DNA of 64,000 nt, taken from the NCBI GenBank assembly GCA_964523615.1, contig CAZFZU010000004.1:9575-73574 (forward strand), given 5' to 3'. The notes below the pieces were generated by a model. The model worked only from the letters and a program-made list of their open reading frames with translations, did no database searches and had not been told where the DNA came from. Source of the DNA: an uncultured Eubacteriales bacterium (GTDB taxonomy: Bacteria; Acidobacteriota; Aminicenantia; Aminicenantales; Saccharicenantaceae). Of this stretch, positions 58,447 to 64,000 are shown piece after piece; positions within the stretch are counted from its first letter, which is position 1; every line of letters begins with the position of its first letter. Both the position numbers and the translations under genes were made by a program.

Positions 58447-60627
58447 TTATCTGAGGCTCGAGAGGTAGGGGCTGAGGCCGGGGGAGTTGACAAGGGACAG
58501 GACCTCGTCTCTCGGGACGCCGCGCTTCTGACGCAGCGATTCGAGGATGCGGATGATCGAGAAGGCCACCTCGGCCGTCTGCCCCGCCCCGGCCGGCTTG
58601 TCGCGCAGATAGGCGATGGCGTCGTACAGCACGGCGTTGGCCTCGCCGTACGTCACCGGCTCCCTCCGCCCGTGCGCCTTCACCCAAGCCGCCGTCCCCA
58701 ACGCGTCGTTGACGTGCGACTGGATGAGGAACGTGGCCCGCCCGACGAGCTTGAGGTTGCTCGGGCTGACGTTGGTCATGGTGTTGCCGACGACCTTGCC
58801 CAGCTTGGCCATGACCGCCGTCGAGTGGGCGTTGAGGAGCATCTTGGCCGCCATCTGCTGCCGGACGCCGAAAGCGTCGCCCTCGGCCGCCACCGCCACG
58901 GGCACCACGACGAGCCGCCCGTAGCGGCCCTTCCAGCCGCTCCTGACCCGCTCGACGAGCTCCAGGACCGCCTTTCCCGTCCGGTCCGTGACGAGCACGA
59001 CGGCCGCGTCGGCCCCGCCTTCGCCGGCCAGGTCCAGGACCTTGGCGAACGACGATCCCGCCCGCCCGATCTCGCCTTCCTCCGGCGTCAGCGCCACGAG
59101 CACGACGAGGTCGCCCTTCTTCGGCCCCCGCTTCACGGTATTGGCCGCCCCGAGCGAGAAATCGTAGAGCTCCGCCTGCTCGTCTCCCGCTTTCTTCAGG
59201 CTCTCCAGGGCCGCCCGCCTCAGATAGGGGTCCTCGACCTCGGTCTCGAACGGCCCCCGGTACTTCTCCGCCCCCAGTCCCCGGAACGGCCGTCCCAAGA
59301 ACGCCCGCCACGCCTCCTCGGCCGTCCCCGCCTTCGTCCAGACCTGGATCCAGCACTTCCGCGCCGGCTCCCTGACCGTGTCGAGCGGGAACAGCCGGAA
59401 GGTCGGGCTGCGCTCGGTGCTGTCGATGAAGACCGTGATAAGCCCCCGTTCGGCGTAATACGTGGAGAACCGTCCCCCCGCGTATGCCGCCGCTTCGATG
59501 TCCGTGAGCGCCGCGAGCTCCGGCAGGGCCGCCTTGACCCCGTCGAGCGTCTCGCCGAAGCGCCTCAGCCGCGCCGCCACTCCCGCCGCCCCCGTCCCGC
59601 CTGCCGCGAAACCCAGCCGTTCCATGTCCCGCGGCCCGAGCGCCTTCGCCAGCGCCCGCTCCACGGCCGTCTCGACGACCGAGGCCACGACGAAGGTCTC
59701 GATCGTCGTCGCCTGCATCCGCGTCGACCCGGTGATGGCCTGCGGCCCGGTCGTCAGGTTGATCTTGGTGAGGCCCGGCTCGTCGATGACCCTCCGGCTG
59801 CGCTCGAACGGCAGCAGCCGGTCGTCCGGGTTGTTATAGACGAAGAACAGGCTCTCGCGGCTCTCCGCCGGATCGTACCCGGGATCGGCCTTCCACGCGT
59901 CCAGGGCCGCCAGCGCGGTGCCGATGACCGACGACGTCTCGCCGCCCTCGGTGACGCAGATGACGACGTCGCCCTTCCGGACGCCCCGGTCCTCGAGCTG
60001 GAGCTTCCCGATGAGCAGCAGGTCCTCGAAGCCCTCGAGCGAGCTGATGAGGGCCCGGTCGGCCCCGGTCATCTCGCCGACGAGGGCGTCCTCGATCCCC
60101 GTCCCGACCCGCCCTTCGACCTTGCGCCACACCCGCCCGTCCGCCTTGACCCGGCGCCAGAACGGCCGCCAGAACGCGCTCTCCATCTGCTTGGCCAGCC
60201 GGCCCGTCGCGCCGCATCCGTAGACGTAGATCTTCCGCCCGCTCCGGATGGCCGTCTCGACCGCCCGGGCCGCCCGCTCGAGCTCGCCGGGCGCCGCCGC
60301 GAGCTCGTCGACCTTGGCCCGGACGTCCTCGTCGACCGCGGACAGCATCTTCAGTCCGGCCAGCGTATCCTCGCGGACGCGTTCGCCGAGCGGCCAGGTC
60401 TTCGGATGGCGCTGCTCCGTGAGCAGGGTGTGGAGCTGGAACTGCGTCTTCGTCAGGACGTAGTCGACCGATTCCGCCGCCGGCTCGATCCCCAGGAGCT
60501 TGAGCAGTCCCGTCCCCGCCCCCGCCTCCGGCCCGGCCGGGGCTTGCGGGCCCTGGCCGCAGAACGCCAGCGCCATCGCCACCGTCGCCAGCGCCCCCGC
60601 CGCGACCGCGCCCGCCCGCCGCGCCAT
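58447..60627 (-). CDS. GCKR/MurQ-like double-SIS-domain protein with N-terminal signal-like extension
   Basis: LLTEQRHP.T, IYVYGCGATGRLA, VTEGGETSSVIG, ITGSTRMQATT and the C-terminal AAKMLLNAHSTAVMAKLGKVVGNTMTNVSPSNLKLVGRA match the MurQ / glucokinase-regulator family. The first ~30 aa are hydrophobic (AVAAGALATVAMALAFC). Confidence 0.7.
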   Translation of the reverse strand: MARRAGAVAAGALATVAMALAFCGQGPQAPAGPEAGAGTGLLKLLGIEPAAESVDYVLTKTQFQLHTLLTEQRHPKTWPLGERVREDTLAGLKMLSAVDEDVRAKVDELAAAPGELERAARAVETAIRSGRKIYVYGCGATGRLAKQMESAFWRPFWRRVKADGRVWRKVEGRVGTGIEDALVGEMTGADRALISSLEGFEDLLLIGKLQLEDRGVRKGDVVICVTEGGETSSVIGTALAALDAWKADPGYDPAESRESLFFVYNNPDDRLLPFERSRRVIDEPGLTKINLTTGPQAITGSTRMQATTIETFVVASVVETAVERALAKALGPRDMERLGFAAGGTGAAGVAARLRRFGETLDGVKAALPELAALTDIEAAAYAGGRFSTYYAERGLITVFIDSTERSPTFRLFPLDTVREPARKCWIQVWTKAGTAEEAWRAFLGRPFRGLGAEKYRGPFETEVEDPYLRRAALESLKKAGDEQAELYDFSLGAANTVKRGPKKGDLVVLVALTPEEGEIGRAGSSFAKVLDLAGEGGADAAVVLVTDRTGKAVLELVERVRSGWKGRYGRLVVVPVAVAAEGDAFGVRQQMAAKMLLNAHSTAVMAKLGKVVGNTMTNVSPSNLKLVGRATFLIQSHVNDALGTAAWVKAHGRREPVTYGEANAVLYDAIAYLRDKPAGAGQTAEVAFSIIRILESLRQKRGVPRDEVLSLVNSPGLSPYLSSLR

Positions 60628-60630
60628 GGC

Positions 60631-61149
60631 CTACTTGTCCTTCCCGTACTGGTGCTCGTCGTCGAGGATGTCCCGCTCGTGCCAGTCCCGGATCCAGTCG
60701 TCGACCCGGAAGATCATGGCCCCGCCATCGGCCGTCGAGCAGACCACCCGGACGAGCCCGCAGTTGATGAGCATCTTCTTGCAGATGTAGCAGGGGAAGG
60801 CGTTGATCGGCGCGTCGCCTTCCGGCGCGCTGCCGTAGATGTACATGTCGCCGCCGAGCAGGCTGACCCCGGCCCGGGCGGCGTTGATGATGGCGTTCTG
60901 CTCGGCGTGGACGCTCCGGCAGAGCTCGTAGCGCTGGCCGTGGGGGATGCCCAGACGGTCCCTCAGGCAGAAGCCGTGCTCCAGGCTGTCCCGCGTCTTC
61001 CGCGGCGCGCCGACGTAGCCCGTCGAGATGATCTGGTCGTCCCGGACGATGATGGCCCCGATGGCCCGGCGGAAGCAGGTGCTCCGCTTCGAGACCTCGC
61101 GGGCGATGTCCAGGTAGTAGAGGTCCTTGGATTTTCTCGCCGCCGTCAT
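60631..61149 (-). CDS. dCMP deaminase (ComEB/deoxycytidylate deaminase family)
   Basis: Zinc motifs HAEQNAI and PCYICKKMLINCG. 172 aa. The ATG overlaps the upstream stop (ATGA). Confidence 0.9.
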   Translation of the reverse strand: MTAARKSKDLYYLDIAREVSKRSTCFRRAIGAIIVRDDQIISTGYVGAPRKTRDSLEHGFCLRDRLGIPHGQRYELCRSVHAEQNAIINAARAGVSLLGGDMYIYGSAPEGDAPINAFPCYICKKMLINCGLVRVVCSTADGGAMIFRVDDWIRDWHERDILDDEHQYGKDK

Positions 61150-61703
61150 GCGACCTCCTCGAGCTTGCGATGGAATTCCTCGAGCGTCCCGTCGTTGACG
61201 ACGAGCCGGTCGGCCGCGGCCAGGCAGGCCTCGAGCTGCTGGGCCGCCGCCCCGCCCCGCCGCTCCTCGTCCTCTTTCCTCTTGAAGGCCTCGAGGTCGC
61301 CGGCCGACTCGTCCCGCCCCCGCGCGGCCGTCCGGGAGAACCGGGTTTCGACGGGGGCATCGACGGCCAGGAGCGTGAACCCGCCCTGCGCCCTCAAGAA
61401 CGCGATCTCGGCCAGGTTGCGGACGCTGTCGATGACGGCCCGCTCGTCCGGCCCGACCTTGGCCATCGTCCGCCGGGCCAGGACGTCGGCCCCGAACCTT
61501 TCGCGCAGCTCGTTGCCCGTCCGGATGAGGGCGTCGCGGCTCTCGGCCTCGCCCCGCGCCCGCAGCTCGTCTCGGATGACGTCGGAGAGCGAGTAGTAGG
61601 CGTAGCCGCGCTCCTTGAAGTAGAGCGCCGCCTCGCCTTTGCCGGCCCCGTTGGTCCCGGTCAACCCGATGAGCCGCGGCGGCGGCGCGCCCTTCCCCGT
61701 CAT
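61146..61703 (-). CDS. P-loop nucleoside/nucleotide kinase-like protein (UPF0200 / dephospho-CoA-kinase-like)
   Basis: Walker A LIGLTGTNGAGKGE, ~185 aa, overall pattern like small NMP kinases. Start at ATG 61703, which overlaps the aldehyde dehydrogenase stop (ATGA). Confidence 0.7.
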   Translation of the reverse strand: MTGKGAPPPRLIGLTGTNGAGKGEAALYFKERGYAYYSLSDVIRDELRARGEAESRDALIRTGNELRERFGADVLARRTMAKVGPDERAVIDSVRNLAEIAFLRAQGGFTLLAVDAPVETRFSRTAARGRDESAGDLEAFKRKEDEERRGGAAAQQLEACLAAADRLVVNDGTLEEFHRKLEEVA

Positions 61704-63343
61704 TTCTTCAGGATCCTCGGCAGGGCCCGGACGTAGTTCCAGAGCGGCGCCGTGGCCAGGATGCGGCGCCACTCCGTCCGCAGCCCCCATAGGGCCTTCA
61801 GCCGCGCCCCGAGCCCGGCGCCGTGGAAGGCGGCGATGGCCTTTTCCATGATGCCCTCGAGGCTGCGGTCGTAGGGGAACCACCAGGTCTGGGCCTTCTT
61901 GCGGAAGAAGTCCATGCCGACGTACTTGATGTCGACCTGCTCGAGCAGGCCGTAGGGCCCGTGGGACCTCCCCATGCCGGTCTGCTTGATGCCGCCCCAG
62001 ATGGCCCGGGGCTCGACGAACGAATACATGTGGTCGTTGACCGTGACCGAGCCGGCCTCGAGCCGCTCGGCGAACCAGGCCGCCCGCCGCCGGTCGCGCG
62101 TCCAGACCGAGGCCGTCAGCCCGTAAACGCTGTCGTTGGCCAGCCGCACGGCCTCCTCGTCGGTGTCGAAGACCATGATGGGCAGGGTCGGCCCGAACGT
62201 CTCCTCGGTCATGCACAGCATCGAGTGGTCGATCCCGGTGAGGACGGTCGGTTCGATGAAGTACCCCGGCCGTCCGGCCACCCGACCGCCGCCGACCGGC
62301 ACGCCCGCCCCCCTGGCCCGGGCGTCGGCGATGTGCTCCTCGACGACCTTGAGCTGGCCGGCCGTGGCCATCGGCCCCATGTCGATGCCCGGCTCGAGCG
62401 GGTCCCCGACCCGGACCGCGCGGGTCAGCTCGACGACGCGGGCCGTGAAGGCCTTCTCGACGGGCCTCGCCACGTACACCCGCTCGATCGAGCCGCAGCT
62501 CTGGCCGCAGTTCATGAAAGCCGTCCAAACGGCCCCGCGCGCGGCCTTCTCGAGGTCGGCGTCCTCGAGGACGATCATCGGGTCCTTGCCGCCCAGCTCG
62601 AGGGTGACGTTGGTCAGGTTCCGGCTGCACAGCTCGACGACCCGCTTGCCGATGCCGACGCTGCCCGTGAACATGACGCTCTGGACGTCGGGATGGACGA
62701 TCATGCCCTCGGCCTCCGGGACGCGGCAGACGACGACGTTGAGGACGCCCGGCGGCAGGCCGGCCTCGAGGAAGACCTCGCCGATGAGCAGGGCCACGAG
62801 CGGCGTCGACGACGACGGCCGCAGGACGACCGTATTGCCCGCGGTCAGGGCGCTGAGGGTGTCGCAGAAGGGGATGAGGAAGGGGAAGTTCCAGGGCGAG
62901 ACGATGAGCGTCGGGCCGAGCGGGTGGAAATGGAACTCGCCCGACTTGTTGAGGAAGAGCGGCGTGTGGTGGCCGGCCCGCTTGGGGCGCAGCAGGCGCC
63001 CCTGGTTGTGCCCGTAGTAGTTGAGCGATTGCAGGGCCCCGAAGACCTCGACGGCCAGGGATTCGGGATAGGGGGAGCCCTTTTCCGCGGCGATGAGCCG
63101 GCCGGCCTCCTCCGCCCGCCGGGCCAGCACGACTTCGGCCCGCCGGAAGATGTCGCGCTTGGCCCGCGGCTCGAGCCAGCGCCAGCCCGGGTAGGCCGCC
63201 TTGGCCGCCGCGATGGCCCGGTCGCACAGCTCCTGGGAGGCCAGCGAGACCTCGCCGACCGGGCCGAGCGTGGCCGGGTTCTCGGAGACGAGCTTCGCGC
63301 CGGTCTCGACGCGTTCGCCATCGACGATCAGGCGTCCGTCCAT
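61700..63343 (-). CDS. Aldehyde dehydrogenase family protein (547 aa, with C-terminal extension)
   Basis: SPWNFP, FTGS...G, catalytic ELGGKDP and NCGQSCGS. GGAG RBS before ATG 63343. The upstream part of the track ORF is out of frame context. Confidence 0.9.
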   Translation of the reverse strand: MDGRLIVDGERVETGAKLVSENPATLGPVGEVSLASQELCDRAIAAAKAAYPGWRWLEPRAKRDIFRRAEVVLARRAEEAGRLIAAEKGSPYPESLAVEVFGALQSLNYYGHNQGRLLRPKRAGHHTPLFLNKSGEFHFHPLGPTLIVSPWNFPFLIPFCDTLSALTAGNTVVLRPSSSTPLVALLIGEVFLEAGLPPGVLNVVVCRVPEAEGMIVHPDVQSVMFTGSVGIGKRVVELCSRNLTNVTLELGGKDPMIVLEDADLEKAARGAVWTAFMNCGQSCGSIERVYVARPVEKAFTARVVELTRAVRVGDPLEPGIDMGPMATAGQLKVVEEHIADARARGAGVPVGGGRVAGRPGYFIEPTVLTGIDHSMLCMTEETFGPTLPIMVFDTDEEAVRLANDSVYGLTASVWTRDRRRAAWFAERLEAGSVTVNDHMYSFVEPRAIWGGIKQTGMGRSHGPYGLLEQVDIKYVGMDFFRKKAQTWWFPYDRSLEGIMEKAIAAFHGAGLGARLKALWGLRTEWRRILATAPLWNYVRALPRILKK

Positions 63344-63369
63344 GGGCGGCACACTCCTTCGCGCCGGTC

Positions 63370-64000
63370 TCAACCGGCCGGGCTTTCTTCGGAGCGCCGC
63401 CTCTTCTCCTTGCCCCGCCCGACGGCCAGGGCGATGAGGATGCTCAGGCCGTAGAGGAGCAGCATGGGAATGGCCACGATGCTCTGCGTGACGATGTCGG
63501 GCGTGGGCGTGATGACGGCGGCGACGACGAACACGGCCAGAACGGCGTACTTGAAGTTGCGGATCATCCAGCGGGCCGTGACGACCCCCATCTTGGCCAG
63601 GAAGAAGATGAGCGTCGGCAGCTCGAAGACGAGGGCGATGCCGAGCAGGACCTTGAGGGCGAAGCCGAAGTACTGGTCGACGGTGATGACGGCCTGGAAG
63701 TCCTGGCCCATCTGCAGGAAGAAGCGGCAGGCCCAGGGAAAGACGATGAAGTAGCCGAACAGGGCCCCCAGCGAGAAGAAGAAGGTCGTCATCAGGACGA
63801 AGGGGACGACGTACTTCTTCTCCTTCTGGTAGAGCCCGGGGGCGATGAAGTACCACAGCTGGAGGAAGACGAAGGGAGACATGAAGAAGATCGAGGCCAG
63901 GAAGGCCGTCTTCATGTAGAGCATGAACGGCGCGGTCAGCGTGGTGAAGGCCAGCTTCGTCCCCTCGGGCAGGTACTGCGTCACCGGCCGGGCCAGGATG
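63370..64000 (-). CDS. tatC: Twin-arginine translocase subunit TatC (N-terminus outside the window)
   Basis: PF....K.....A.....P....Q.W.F..P.LY..E.. and TP.PD..TQ motifs. The frame stays open to nt 64000, so the GTG at 63984 is internal. Confidence 0.9.
   Translation of the reverse strand, partial: ILARPVTQYLPEGTKLAFTTLTAPFMLYMKTAFLASIFFMSPFVFLQLWYFIAPGLYQKEKKYVVPFVLMTTFFFSLGALFGYFIVFPWACRFFLQMGQDFQAVITVDQYFGFALKVLLGIALVFELPTLIFFLAKMGVVTARWMIRNFKYAVLAVFVVAAVITPTPDIVTQSIVAIPMLLLYGLSILIALAVGRGKEKRRRSEESPAG

Noticed and set aside
58420-61596. 1058-aa plus-strand ORF starting MIKSRFDP, and its twin 56182-57357 on the minus strand with the same N-terminus.
   Set aside because: The shared MIKSRFDP start is simply the translation of the two inverted-repeat copies. 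Both ORFs are antisense to real genes (SIS/deaminase/kinase and kamA).

Overview
High-GC segment (about two-thirds G+C by eye) from what looks like the chromosome of a diderm bacterium: it carries a TonB-dependent receptor, outer-membrane barrels, Tat components and lipoprotein-like signals. I support about 50 protein genes, packed tightly, with many ATGA/TGATG stop-start overlaps. Most long ORFs in the six-frame track are alternate-frame or antisense artefacts of the GC content; I kept only frames with recognisable family motifs or clear GC3 bias. No rRNA, tRNA or CRISPR array was recognised.

Gene content, in order:
- 5'-truncated tricorn-type protease, rubrerythrin, DUF302.
- An acpS / acyl-AMP ligase / carrier protein / Kbl-like oxoamine synthase operon.
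- ActP-YjcH acetate permease pair, facing a 1070-aa PHP-Cache-PAS-CBS-DUF294 nucleotidyltransferase fusion; OFA-type MFS transporter.
- Secreted M28 peptidase, alkaline phosphatase, Tat-Gfo/Idh/MocA oxidoreductase plus HEAT/DUF1080 protein.
- Two M14 paralogs (one degenerate), DUF4097 protein, long-form Fhs.
- Two paralogous uncharacterised OM barrels, a porin, GH35, Pat-like acetyltransferase.
- Cobalamin riboswitch with BtuB-like receptor, aromatic amino-acid decarboxylase, GH172/DUF2961.
- ilvE-trmO, a Cys-rich miniprotein coupled to a radical-SAM enzyme, queF / EamA / queE-D-C.
- A repeat-containing hypothetical protein and a NhaD/ArsB-type permease.
- A promoter-driven ATP-grasp x2 / GNAT / KamA operon.
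- A 1.1-kb low-GC RAYT/IS200-like element with perfect 35-bp inverted repeats.
- A GCKR/MurQ-like protein, a P-loop kinase + dCMP deaminase pair, an aldehyde dehydrogenase and a 5'-truncated tatC.

Best candidates for undescribed biology:
1. The beta-lysine-type ATP-grasp/GNAT/KamA operon (53.5-57.3 kb).
2. The PHP-fused DUF294 sensor beside actP (9.4-12.7 kb).
3. The carrier-protein-dependent Kbl-like operon (3.3-7.1 kb).
4. The Cys-rich miniprotein / radical-SAM pair (46.8-48.0 kb).
5. The split kinase / dCMP-deaminase pair (60.6-61.7 kb).

All family assignments come from motif recognition by eye and from memory. No database search was run.
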